Positions 35,186-44,663 are shown, numbered from the stretch's first letter. The stretch: DNA of 64,000 nt from an uncultured virus (IMG/VR IMGVR_UViG_3300027782_000075) (IMGVR_UViG_3300027782_000075); one strand, 5' to 3'. A program made the numbers and translations. Notes: a model not told the origin generated them from the sequence alone.

Positions 35186-35227
35186 ATCCTATGGTGTAAC
35201 GGTAGCACAAGAGATTTTGGTTCTCTT
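35185..35227 (+). pseudogene. 5' half of a second tRNA-Gln(TTG), truncated after the anticodon arm
   Basis: TATCCTA-TGGTGTAACGGTAGCACA-AGAGA-TTTTGGT-TCTCT, then a terminator. Confidence 0.7.
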
Positions 35228-35259
35228 AAAAAAAAACCCACCTTTCGGTGGGTTTTTTT
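35228..35259. terminator. Bidirectional terminator
   Basis: A run, ACCCACC-TTTC-GGTGGGT, T run, between convergent units. Confidence 0.8.
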
Positions 35260-36499
35260 ATAACATCTTTTTTATTTTTTCTATATTCTCGTTTACTTTT
35301 TTTCGATTGAATGGGTCTTTCAAAAAGTTTAATACGAATGGGTCAACTTGTTTTTTATCTGCGACACCACCAAATCGTTTTTCAGTTCTATCACCTTCTT
35401 TGTTATATTTATCTTGGAATATGCTGAGAGGTGCCTTCATTAATGCCGCCATTAATGGATCCCAATATTCAGGTTCTGACGAACCTTTCTTTTTTTCAGA
35501 GTCTTTTTCAACTTCTTTTCCTATTGTTTTTACATTCTCATATGTAATAGGTATTCTAGACCATTTATGATCATACAATGTAACCTCAACATCAGAATCT
35601 GTGTTACCTAATACACTACCGGCACTTACAACATCTCCAGTTGAAAGGGAAGGATTTGATATTCCACAATATTGTAGATATTTGGTCCCATTATTATCAT
35701 ATTCAATTGTTGTCTGATTTACACAACCTGAAAAAAATTTTCTATTATTAATTTTTCCCGAAATAGGAGATTTAATTTTTGGATTGTCATCTTTTGGAAT
35801 TATAATTCTACCATATCTGTCCGAGGTATTTTTCCCAAAATTTCTATTTTCAAATATCCCTAGTTTTTCATAATTTACGTTACCGACTAATGGTGCGTAT
35901 TCTGTTGGGCCACTTGGTCCAAATGAAATAACATCTGACACGTCGCTCGATGATGTACTCGAACTTGTTGTTGTTCCTGATTTTTTTTCTGGAGTTGTGA
36001 TAGGGCCTGTCAAATTTATCCCTTCTTTGTTTAAGTAGTCCATCGGATTAATCGGTTGACCATCTTTTTCCAATCCAAAGTGCAAATGTGGCCCATCACT
36101 TCTGCCTCGTCCAACATCATTCGGGCCTCCTCCGCTTATACCTATAATGTCGCCTTGTCTTACTTGTTGACCAGGAGAAACATTAATTTTTTTCAAATGA
36201 CAATATTTAGTTTTGAACCCGCTAGAGTGATTGATTTTTACAGTACCTCCACAATCATCATCCAATATTGCTCCAACTTCTACAATACCGTCGGCTGCGG
36301 ATTTGACATTTGCATTATTCGCAGTCAAATCTACTCCACGATGAAGTCTTCCCCACCTCGGGCCAAATGGTGAGGTTACGGATGTATTATCCACAGGAGA
36401 AATAAACGCAGCCTCATTAATTGATGAAACTTCTTTGATAGAATTTTTTAACAATTCAAGTTCCTCAAATATTCTTGAAATATTTTTTTCGATACTCAT
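35258..36499 (-). CDS. M23-family peptidase, probably virion-associated
   Basis: Motifs HRGVD, YCHL and GPHLHF; second degenerate M23-like domain; start at MSIEK. Confidence 0.85.
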   Translation of the reverse strand: MSIEKNISRIFEELELLKNSIKEVSSINEAAFISPVDNTSVTSPFGPRWGRLHRGVDLTANNANVKSAADGIVEVGAILDDDCGGTVKINHSSGFKTKYCHLKKINVSPGQQVRQGDIIGISGGGPNDVGRGRSDGPHLHFGLEKDGQPINPMDYLNKEGINLTGPITTPEKKSGTTTSSSTSSSDVSDVISFGPSGPTEYAPLVGNVNYEKLGIFENRNFGKNTSDRYGRIIIPKDDNPKIKSPISGKINNRKFFSGCVNQTTIEYDNNGTKYLQYCGISNPSLSTGDVVSAGSVLGNTDSDVEVTLYDHKWSRIPITYENVKTIGKEVEKDSEKKKGSSEPEYWDPLMAALMKAPLSIFQDKYNKEGDRTEKRFGGVADKKQVDPFVLNFLKDPFNRKKVNENIEKIKKML

Positions 36500-36538
36500 A
36501 TTAATAAATACCCGAGTTAAATAAAAAAAGACCAACTA

Positions 36539-36865
36539 TTAGTCGGCCTTCTTTGTATACGTAAGTCTTTTAATTTTAACTTGAGTCGGTTCAGGTAATC
36601 CTGTTAATAAGGTTGATTCCTCTTCCTTAACTGGTTTTGGGTTTTCATCCGGTTTAACCTCGGTCAATCCAAATCTAATATGTTTGTACCAAACTCGTTC
36701 ATGTATGTAATATTGAATTGGTTTCCATACTAATTCAATTATACTAAAGGCGGCTCCTATTTCTATGGAGTCGGTTACTAACCACATAGTAATAAATCCA
36801 ATACTCGTACTCAAAATACGATATGATATGGTTTTTGCTAAGTGTCTTTTTGGTGAAACGGTCAT
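36539..36865 (-). CDS. DUF2061-like membrane protein
   Basis: RHLAKTISYRIL...YYIHERVW. Confidence 0.75.
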   Translation of the reverse strand: MTVSPKRHLAKTISYRILSTSIGFITMWLVTDSIEIGAAFSIIELVWKPIQYYIHERVWYKHIRFGLTEVKPDENPKPVKEEESTLLTGLPEPTQVKIKRLTYTKKAD

Positions 36866-36906
36866 GGAATTTGTATTAAAATTTATTATAAAATAATAGT
36901 ATATTA

Positions 36907-37101
36907 TTAACTATTATCAAAGTTAGTTTTGTTTAATTCTTTTATAGTAATTTCATTATGTTTCCACATTTTCCATGTGTTAAATTCTTTGAGAGATTCT
37001 AAAGTTTTTTCATGTACTAAGATAAAACCTTCGGGAGCAACTCCACCAAACTTACGAACTTCACCTTCTTCTTCCAATATTTTTTTTATGTTAACTAGCA
37101 T
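36907..37101 (-). CDS. Hypothetical protein
   Basis: ORF in operon. Confidence 0.5.
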   Translation of the reverse strand: MLVNIKKILEEEGEVRKFGGVAPEGFILVHEKTLESLKEFNTWKMWKHNEITIKELNKTNFDNS

Positions 37102-37700
37102 GATAAATATTTTATTATTTTTTCTTTTATTCCACTTTGTTTGATTCCTTCATCACATTGAGGAGTCCAAACAAAGTTCTCCAATCCCCAATCTCTGTCG
37201 TATGGCCCATAATAACTCGCATCAACATGAGTACCCATATGAAGGTCATCAACTGCAACCCAATGTGTAACTTCGGGATGTGATTTTAACCATTCTTTAA
37301 TCTCAAAGTGTCTTTCTTGTTCTTGACCATCGGTCCTATTCCAATCAAAATCAGACGGAACACGACCTTCATCTAACCAATTTGTGTAATGAAACACTTC
37401 GGTGAATCCGATTGGTTTTTTGATGATACCTTGAGATGTGTAGTATTCTCCCAACTCTTCCAATGTACCATGTAATCTCCAATCGGAACTTACCACGATT
37501 TCAGCACCAGTGGTTTCCAATATTTGATTTAGGATTTTAACCGCCTTTACGTCAAAGTTATCGAAACGATACTCAACTGGTAATTGGTTATTATGGTCAA
37601 AGACTGGATTTTCACCTAATTTTTTTTGTTTTTTATGTCGGGAACCCCAGTTATTACTGAGACAAATTACCCCATCATTATCTAAGAATATTACTTTCAT
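37095..37700 (-). CDS. HAD-superfamily phosphatase of the RNA-repair (Swiss-army-knife) type
   Basis: Motifs FLDNDGV, VVSSDWR and VAVDD. Confidence 0.8.
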   Translation of the reverse strand: MKVIFLDNDGVICLSNNWGSRHKKQKKLGENPVFDHNNQLPVEYRFDNFDVKAVKILNQILETTGAEIVVSSDWRLHGTLEELGEYYTSQGIIKKPIGFTEVFHYTNWLDEGRVPSDFDWNRTDGQEQERHFEIKEWLKSHPEVTHWVAVDDLHMGTHVDASYYGPYDRDWGLENFVWTPQCDEGIKQSGIKEKIIKYLSC

Positions 37701-37701
37701 T

Positions 37702-38049
37702 TTATTTCCAAAATACTTGTACTGAAACAATTATGAATGCTAAAATTAAACAGATTATTGTCTTCGGAGTCATATTTTCTTGAAACAAGGTAGATGACAA
37801 AATTGTGAATATGACAACACCTAAAGCAAATCCAATCAATCTGCTAGGCCAAATCTGACCTCCAAATCCTTGTACATAAAGATTAACGGATTTGATGTAA
37901 AGGTAACTGATTGGAATACCTGATAGTAAGAGTAACCAAAGGTATTTCTCTGACCAACCATATTTGATTGACCCTTGTAGCTGTATAAATGATCCTATTT
38001 GACCTAAAATCATTAACAGTGTCGCTAGTATTATTTTTGTGATATCCAT
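37702..38049 (-). CDS. Four-TM small membrane protein (DMT/SMR-like)
   Basis: Four hydrophobic helices. Confidence 0.6.
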   Translation of the reverse strand: MDITKIILATLLMILGQIGSFIQLQGSIKYGWSEKYLWLLLLSGIPISYLYIKSVNLYVQGFGGQIWPSRLIGFALGVVIFTILSSTLFQENMTPKTIICLILAFIIVSVQVFWK

Positions 38050-38091
38050 TTTGTAAAGATAAAAAAAATCCCTTGAATATTCGAGGGATTT

Positions 38092-38538
38092 TTAATTTTT
38101 GATAAGGTTTATGATTTTTTTTATTTTCGTTTTATTTTCTCTGACACCTGCTTTGAGAGAAAGAATTTTTTCTACTTCGAATCGTAAAAGTTCTTTGGAA
38201 TTTGTTGAGGACACTCCATGTTTGAGAACCTCTTCCACCCCATGGGATCTGTGATACGCATCCAAGTGAGTTGAGGACACTCCATGTTTGAGAACCTCTT
38301 CCACCCATTCCTCTATAACAGGTTCATATTCTTTCCGTTCCATGCCAAACAACGGAAAAAAATCATTGAAGAATGAGTATCTCCACCATAGAACTCCCAC
38401 ACTTTTTAGTTCCAAATACCAATACTTATTTGCACGATCGATGAACCAAATCGAGTTATTATCATCCACAATGATTTCAGCCTGACCTAAATCTTGGTCT
38501 AACTTTTTGAAAATGATTTTTTTAAGCCTTTCGTGCAT
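38092..38538 (-). CDS. Hypothetical protein with in-frame repeat VEEVLKHGVSST x2
   Basis: 148-aa ORF. Confidence 0.65.
   Translation of the reverse strand: MHERLKKIIFKKLDQDLGQAEIIVDDNNSIWFIDRANKYWYLELKSVGVLWWRYSFFNDFFPLFGMERKEYEPVIEEWVEEVLKHGVSSTHLDAYHRSHGVEEVLKHGVSSTNSKELLRFEVEKILSLKAGVRENKTKIKKIINLIKN
38204..38306. repeat. Two identical 37-bp direct repeats with a 29-bp spacer
   Basis: GTTGAGGACACTCCATGTTTGAGAACCTCTTCCACCC at 38204 and 38270. Confidence 0.9.
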
Positions 38539-38658
38539 ATTGGTTGATGTCTATGTGATACAAAAATACTAATATTTTACGTAATTCAAAAATTAAGGTT
38601 TCCTTCGAAAGGGAATTAAAAAAAAAAGGGAGTCATTGACTCCCTTTTTTATTGATTG

Positions 38659-39071
38659 TGGAGGTGCAGGTTACCGCCACCTGGTCTTACCCGCCATATC
38701 AAAAATGGACTACACGTTTAGGTCAAGGTTTGTGATACCTTCCGAAATAGATGGTTCCTATTTTGACATCGTTACCAACAACTGTGTCGAGTTCACTTGT
38801 AATAAGGTAGCCCTCTGAACGTGACCTTTGATACGCTTCGGGTGGTATCGCACCTTGGAGGGCTTCTGTTCCTAGGTTATATGCCCATTCGACCTGACGT
38901 TGTATCTACTTATCAAGCAGTTACAACAGATGCTTCTCTAGTTAAACCTAAAGCAGACATCTTAGCAAGAGTATTGCCGTTTACTTTCTTCACCGTGGAT
39001 TTAAGTCATAGATGAATTCTGACTACGTGCCCATTGATTATACAAACGTTAATCAATTCTATTTCACCCCC
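38659..39071 (-). ncRNA. ssrA: tmRNA
   Basis: Acceptor GGGGGTG/CACCTCC-A with G3:U70. Tag ORF 38978-38913 encodes GNTLAKMSALGLTREASVVTA**. Own promoter and terminator. Confidence 0.88.
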
Positions 39072-39132
39072 ATTGTTGTACAAATGTAAGTATAAATATC
39101 TCCAAATCCAACCGAATTGATATTTATTTCAT

Positions 39133-40179
39133 ATGATAAGTTTAGAAACATTTGTTGCTCTGAGAAATTACGTCAAAGGAAAAATTGACGCTCATCAACT
39201 TATGGATGCAGACAAATTGTTTGATTCGATTAAAGAGAATTATAGATATCCTGCTGAAAGTATTATTCGTATTGACTTCAGAAACAAAGAAGATCTTCTC
39301 AAAACCTTGGGATTAGCGGATGACGATATATATTTTTATTTTGATGTGACAAGTCCTTATAATAGTTATGAGTTCATAGATCATTACTCCGCTATAGAAG
39401 AGTTCAAAGATGGGTATGGATTTTACAATTATTTAGATGAAGAAAATAAATATACCTTGTCTCAAATATCTCGTGCGATTTTACCAAAAAAAGTTGACTT
39501 TGGAGATGATGAATTTTTACAAGAATTATCCGCAGTTTTATTACAAAACTTCAAACAAGAAACTGAAGATATAATTGATGAATACGCGGCCGAGAAAAAT
39601 TATCAAATGAACCGAGAGGCATATAAAGTTGTAGAAAAGGAATTACAGGATTACACTGATTCATTAGCATTTGAGGTCACCGATTCGGGATTAAGAATTA
39701 GTGTTGGTCAACTAATACAACTTTATTTGATGGAGAATGCAATTCATATACCATTAAAAAAATTGCTTGAAAAAGTTTTTGAATCTAACAAACAATATTT
39801 TGGATGGTCTGATGATATCTACGAATACGCCAATGATGACGATTTTGATTCGGTAAGTTTTAATAAATATGCTGGAAGAATATTAGATAATATTTTAGAC
39901 AGAATCGTAGACGCTGGAGAAGAATTGGGAGTAGACATAAATGACTTTACCTCCATGACGGCAAGAATCGAAAAAAAGTTCAAAGCTGGAGAATGGTATT
40001 TTTTACCAAAAGACAAGACCAAACAGACTAGATTCAAAGTGGAGGGATTTGAATTTCCTAATATGAAAATATCGGTATTATTACAAAAAGGATTGAAAGA
40101 AAAAAAAGTATCATTATCAGAACAAAATTTTTATAATTTATTATATCAACCATCATTATTCAGTTTGGATGAAATCTAA
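39133..40179 (+). CDS. Hypothetical protein
   Basis: 348-aa ORF; TATTTAT upstream. Confidence 0.7.
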   Translation: MISLETFVALRNYVKGKIDAHQLMDADKLFDSIKENYRYPAESIIRIDFRNKEDLLKTLGLADDDIYFYFDVTSPYNSYEFIDHYSAIEEFKDGYGFYNYLDEENKYTLSQISRAILPKKVDFGDDEFLQELSAVLLQNFKQETEDIIDEYAAEKNYQMNREAYKVVEKELQDYTDSLAFEVTDSGLRISVGQLIQLYLMENAIHIPLKKLLEKVFESNKQYFGWSDDIYEYANDDDFDSVSFNKYAGRILDNILDRIVDAGEELGVDINDFTSMTARIEKKFKAGEWYFLPKDKTKQTRFKVEGFEFPNMKISVLLQKGLKEKKVSLSEQNFYNLLYQPSLFSLDEI

Positions 40180-40199
40180 TTTATTTGTATCTTTATAAG

Positions 40200-41033
40200 A
40201 TGAACGATATAAATTTGCTCAAAGAAGTTTTGAGCGTACCTACAAAAACTAATCAAGAACATCGGATGGTTGAATTTTTGGTTAATTGGTTAACTGAAAA
40301 CAACATTGAACATTATGTCGATGACAAAATGAATGTCTATGCTACCAAGCAAGAGACATCTGATATTCCTGAAGATTTTTATTTTCCTTGTGTAATTTCA
40401 CACACTGATACTGTCCACCACATAGATACAATTAACATCAGAGAAATGATGTTGGAAAATGCTCAAGGAGAACTTAAACCTTCTTTGAAAGCATTCAACG
40501 ATATAGATTTGCCTACAGGTATTGGAGGAGATGATAAATGTGGTGTATTTGCTTGTTTAACTTTATTAAAGGAATTACCAAATCTTAAAGCAGCATTCTT
40601 TGTTTCAGAAGAAACTGGATGTCACGGATCTCGTGCTGCAGATTCTAAATTTTTCGAAAATGTTGGATATGGTATTCAGTTTGATGCTCCTGAAAATTGG
40701 ATGATTACTGAAAAATGTTTTGGACAAGTATTATTCGACAGAGAAACAGAATTTTTTGAAAAAATTGATAAGGTTTTGACTGAGGGTATGGATAATGATA
40801 GAATGCAATATATGGTTCATCCGTACACAGATGTTTATGCTTTGAGAAGTAAATTTGACTTTTCTTGTATCAATTTTTCTATTGGTTATTATGATTACCA
40901 TACTCCGAACGAATACGTAGTAATCGAAGATGTATTCAACGGAATAGAAATGGGTAGAAAAATGATTGAAGAATTAGGATATAAGTTACATTTCAAAAAA
41001 TCAGTCCCTAAAGGACAGTGGCATCCATTTTAA
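40200..41033 (+). CDS. M20/M28-family zinc peptidase
   Basis: Motifs SHTDTV, GGDDKCG, SEETG, QFD and YHT. Confidence 0.85.
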   Translation: MNDINLLKEVLSVPTKTNQEHRMVEFLVNWLTENNIEHYVDDKMNVYATKQETSDIPEDFYFPCVISHTDTVHHIDTINIREMMLENAQGELKPSLKAFNDIDLPTGIGGDDKCGVFACLTLLKELPNLKAAFFVSEETGCHGSRAADSKFFENVGYGIQFDAPENWMITEKCFGQVLFDRETEFFEKIDKVLTEGMDNDRMQYMVHPYTDVYALRSKFDFSCINFSIGYYDYHTPNEYVVIEDVFNGIEMGRKMIEELGYKLHFKKSVPKGQWHPF

Positions 41034-41642
41034 TTAGATAAAATCCTCTAACTTATCTATGTGTCTTTTAACAATCGGGTGGTCTTGAATATCTTCATAT
41101 TGACCTCCCGATTTTTTTATTTGTTTAATGTCGTTTATAATTTGTTGGATACCTCCACGAACCATTTTGGACATCGAAGGATATTGTTGTACGTAAGGAG
41201 AAAGAGAAAATAATTTTTTCGCGATTTCTATTGGTATATTTAACTCGATTACGATTTTTGCCACCATATTTTTAGCAAACGCATCCGCATCCAATTCCAT
41301 TTCCCAATATTGTTTATATAGTGCCTCAAAATCTTCTAAGTCGAAATCAGTTAGTGGATTGAGCATTTTCAAATCTCTCATTTGTTCTTCGTGCCTGAGT
41401 TCGTGAAATATGGTATACAGGAAATCTCCGATAGTCTCCATTTGTATTGGAGAACATATAATTACTTGGTCACGAGTTCTCACTCCTTTGAATCCCGACG
41501 AACAAGAGTTCAAAAATTTTACGTTAATCTCATTATCTCGAATATAGTTTACGACAAAGTTTTCGATTGCATCAACTTTGGATTCTAATTCTGATGGGAA
41601 AGAATTTTTGAACTTTTCTAATAGTCTGGAAAAATTACTCAT
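41034..41642 (-). CDS. Putative zinc metallopeptidase (HExxH)
   Basis: FHELRHEEQ followed by ELDADAFA. Confidence 0.65.
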   Translation of the reverse strand: MSNFSRLLEKFKNSFPSELESKVDAIENFVVNYIRDNEINVKFLNSCSSGFKGVRTRDQVIICSPIQMETIGDFLYTIFHELRHEEQMRDLKMLNPLTDFDLEDFEALYKQYWEMELDADAFAKNMVAKIVIELNIPIEIAKKLFSLSPYVQQYPSMSKMVRGGIQQIINDIKQIKKSGGQYEDIQDHPIVKRHIDKLEDFI

Positions 41643-41685
41643 AATTATAAATATAAAAAAAGGGGGAATTATCCCCCTTTTTAAT

Positions 41686-43701
41686 TTACCGTCCTTTCTT
41701 GACTACTTTGACTACTTCATCTTCGACTTTAATCACATAGGTTTTACCTGGTATGATTTTGTCGGTCAGAACTTCTTCAGATAATAAGTCTTCAACCTTA
41801 TCTTGAATCGCTCTCTTGAGTGGTCTAGCACCGTATACCTCATCATATCCGATTTTTGATAGGTAATTCAAAAGTGATTCATCGTAAGTAATCTTATACT
41901 TCATTTCTTCAAGACGCTTCATCAACTTTTTAAGTTCGATGTCGGTGATTTTCTTGATGTCATCTTGTGATAGAGAATTGAAAACGATAGTATCGTCGAT
42001 ACGATTGATGAATTCAGGAGAGAAGAAATTTTTCATTTCTTTCATCAAGATTTCCTTCTTCGCTTCTTCGTTACTATAGGTATTGTTGGAGAATCCAATA
42101 CCAGTTCCAAAGTCTTGTAATTTCTTCACACCAAGATTTGAGGTCAAGATGATAAGGGTATTCTTGAAGTTAATCTTTCTACCCAAACTATCTGTAACGT
42201 GACCATCGTCCAAGATTTGAAGTAATACTGTAAACACATCTTTGTGAGCTTTTTCAACCTCATCAAACAAGATGACAGAGTAAGGTTTATTCTTAACCTT
42301 TTCGGTCAACAATCCACCTTCTTCGTATCCAACATAGCCTGGAGGTGCCCCAACCAATTTGGATACGGTGTGTTTTTCTTGATATTCGGACATATCAACA
42401 CGGATTAACGAATCTTCACTACCGAACATTTCTTTCGCTAGTTGTTTCGCTAAGTGAGTTTTACCAACACCTGTGGAACCCAAGAATACGAACGAACCAA
42501 TTGGACGATTTGGATCTTTGATACCAAGTCGATTTCTCTTGATGGATTTTGCGACCTTGATTACCGCAGCATCTTGACCAATTACGGTTCCAACAATATG
42601 TTTGTCCAAATTGATAAGTGCTTTAGTATCGTCAACCGACATTCTGCTCACAGGGATTTTAGTCATGTTTGATACCACATCATAAACATCCTCCAAGGTA
42701 ATCTTTTGTTTGTCTTTGGACATTTGTTCTTCAAACTTTTGTTTTTCTTGTTCCAATTTGTCCAACAACTTTTTCTCTTTGTCTCTTAGATGTGCCGCTT
42801 GTTCGTAATTCTGTTTCTTAACAACATCCATTTTCTGTTGTTTAAGTTCTGCAGCTTTACGTTTCAAGTCTTCAATCGCTTCAGGAACTTTAAGTTCAGT
42901 CTGCATCTTAGCTCCAACTTCATCCAAAATGTCGAATGCTTTGTCAGGAAATTCACGGTCGGTAATATATCTGTCCGCCAACTTCACACAAGTTTCGATT
43001 ACTTCATTTGAATAAATTACCTTGTGGTATGTTTCGTATTTATCTCGAACGTTATTCAAAATTTGAATTGTTTCTGCTACGGTAGAAGGTTCCACAATCA
43101 CTTTCTGAAATCTACGCTCCAACGCTCCATCTTTTTCAATGTGTTTTCTGAACTCATCCAAAGTTGTTGCACCGATTACTTGAATTTCACCACGAGATAA
43201 TGCCGGTTTGAAGATGTTGGAACCATCCATAGTTCCTGATGAATTACCTGAACCAACTAAAGTATGAATTTCATCGATGAACACGATAATGTTCGGGTTC
43301 GCCTGAAGTTCTTCAATGATTACTTTCATTCTTTCCTCGAATTGACCACGGTATTTTGTACCGGCAACAACTGAAGTCAAGTCCAAATTCACAAGTCGTT
43401 TATCCAACAAATTACGTGGACATTCACCATTCACAATTTTCATTGCTAAACCTTCAGCAATAGCGGTCTTACCACAACCAGGTTCTCCGATAATGATTGG
43501 GTTATTCTTTTTTCTTCGTGAAAGAATCTGAGCAATTCTTAGGATTTCTCTATCCCTTCCGATTACGGGATCTAGCTTACCTTCTTCGGCAAGTTTATTC
43601 AAATCTCTACTGAAATTGTCTAGTACAGGAGTCGAGCTGTCCGCAGCGGACTTCTGTTTTTTACTCATCATTTTGTCTTCGTCGTCCATTAAGTCGTTCA
43701 T
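41686..43701 (-). CDS. clpC: ClpC-like AAA+ unfoldase lacking the N-terminal domain
   Basis: Two Walker A motifs (GEPGCGKT, GSTGVGKT), UVR middle domain (QNYEQAAHLRD), IGF loop (GIGFS). Confidence 0.9.
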   Translation of the reverse strand: MNDLMDDEDKMMSKKQKSAADSSTPVLDNFSRDLNKLAEEGKLDPVIGRDREILRIAQILSRRKKNNPIIIGEPGCGKTAIAEGLAMKIVNGECPRNLLDKRLVNLDLTSVVAGTKYRGQFEERMKVIIEELQANPNIIVFIDEIHTLVGSGNSSGTMDGSNIFKPALSRGEIQVIGATTLDEFRKHIEKDGALERRFQKVIVEPSTVAETIQILNNVRDKYETYHKVIYSNEVIETCVKLADRYITDREFPDKAFDILDEVGAKMQTELKVPEAIEDLKRKAAELKQQKMDVVKKQNYEQAAHLRDKEKKLLDKLEQEKQKFEEQMSKDKQKITLEDVYDVVSNMTKIPVSRMSVDDTKALINLDKHIVGTVIGQDAAVIKVAKSIKRNRLGIKDPNRPIGSFVFLGSTGVGKTHLAKQLAKEMFGSEDSLIRVDMSEYQEKHTVSKLVGAPPGYVGYEEGGLLTEKVKNKPYSVILFDEVEKAHKDVFTVLLQILDDGHVTDSLGRKINFKNTLIILTSNLGVKKLQDFGTGIGFSNNTYSNEEAKKEILMKEMKNFFSPEFINRIDDTIVFNSLSQDDIKKITDIELKKLMKRLEEMKYKITYDESLLNYLSKIGYDEVYGARPLKRAIQDKVEDLLSEEVLTDKIIPGKTYVIKVEDEVVKVVKKGR

Positions 43702-43756
43702 AATGTTTTTTAGTTTTTACAAAGTAATAACAAATTTAGTTCTTATCCAAATGATT

Positions 43757-43811
43757 TGACAAATTGTCAGAAATATTTATTTTTATTAAATCTTTTTCTG
43801 ACATAATGTCA
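43757..43811. promoter_or_regulatory. Pair of TGACA-N3-TGTCA palindromic operators in the divergent clpC/UVR intergenic region
   Basis: TGACAAATTGTCA (43757) and TGACATAATGTCA (43799). Confidence 0.6.
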
Positions 43812-43879
43812 TATAAAAACCATCGGCATAAATCTTGAAACAAAGATAACAAATAAACTTAAAATAAAAAACTAAAATT

Positions 43880-44251
43880 ATGTTTGGTAACAGAAGATCG
43901 TATAACGACATTTTTAGAGCATTCGATGAAATGTTCACACAATTAACCCCAAATAACGGTGAGTGGAAAACTCAAAGTAAAGTTTCAGAAGATGGAACAA
44001 TGAAAATAACTACGTATTACTACGACAACGCTAAAACAAACCCAACTTCAAAAAATCTGAAACAACAACTTGAAATCGCAATTGAAAATGAAGATTTTGA
44101 AAAAGCGGTTGAACTAAGAGACCAAATCAAGAAATTGGATATCAATCAAAAGGAAATCAACAAACTTGAAGAGGAACTCAAAAAATCAATCGAACAACAA
44201 AACTTTGAAAAATCAATTGAGATTCGAGACCAACTCAAAAAACTAAAGTAA
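43880..44251 (+). CDS. Tandem UVR-motif protein (McsA-like ClpC adaptor candidate)
   Basis: AIENEDFEKAVELRDQI and SIEQQNFEKSIEIRDQL. Confidence 0.8.
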   Translation: MFGNRRSYNDIFRAFDEMFTQLTPNNGEWKTQSKVSEDGTMKITTYYYDNAKTNPTSKNLKQQLEIAIENEDFEKAVELRDQIKKLDINQKEINKLEEELKKSIEQQNFEKSIEIRDQLKKLK

Positions 44252-44330
44252 AATAATCCCCACTCAAAAGGTGGGGATTTTTATTTTATATTGATTATCA
44301 TACATAAAAAGTTTTATAATATTTATATTT

Positions 44331-44663
44331 ATGAAACCATTCGAAAGATATCTGACTCACTTAACCGACTTAAGAAAATTTTTGGACATATATTTGGAAA
44401 TGAGACAATATTTCCAAGAATTAAATTTTTCTGAAAAGGACATGGAAAGCCCTCCAATGTATACTGAAAAAATGTTTTTATATCATGAGAGATTAAATAG
44501 ACTCCATACTGACGTATTAAAACAAGTTAATGATTTTGGGTTTGATGTTTCTGAAGAAGAATTTGATGATTTTATAGTACCACGACTGAAAAAGATAAAC
44601 GAACTAATACCCCTTAAAGATGGCAATAGTAAAAGAACAGATATTGGGAACGAAGATTATTAA
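44331..44663 (+). CDS. Hypothetical protein
   Basis: 110-aa ORF. Confidence 0.55.
   Translation: MKPFERYLTHLTDLRKFLDIYLEMRQYFQELNFSEKDMESPPMYTEKMFLYHERLNRLHTDVLKQVNDFGFDVSEEEFDDFIVPRLKKINELIPLKDGNSKRTDIGNEDY

Noticed and set aside
38204..38306. Bona fide CRISPR array call
   Set aside because: Only two perfect repeats, in frame within a CDS, with no cas genes. Kept as a repeat and a finding.
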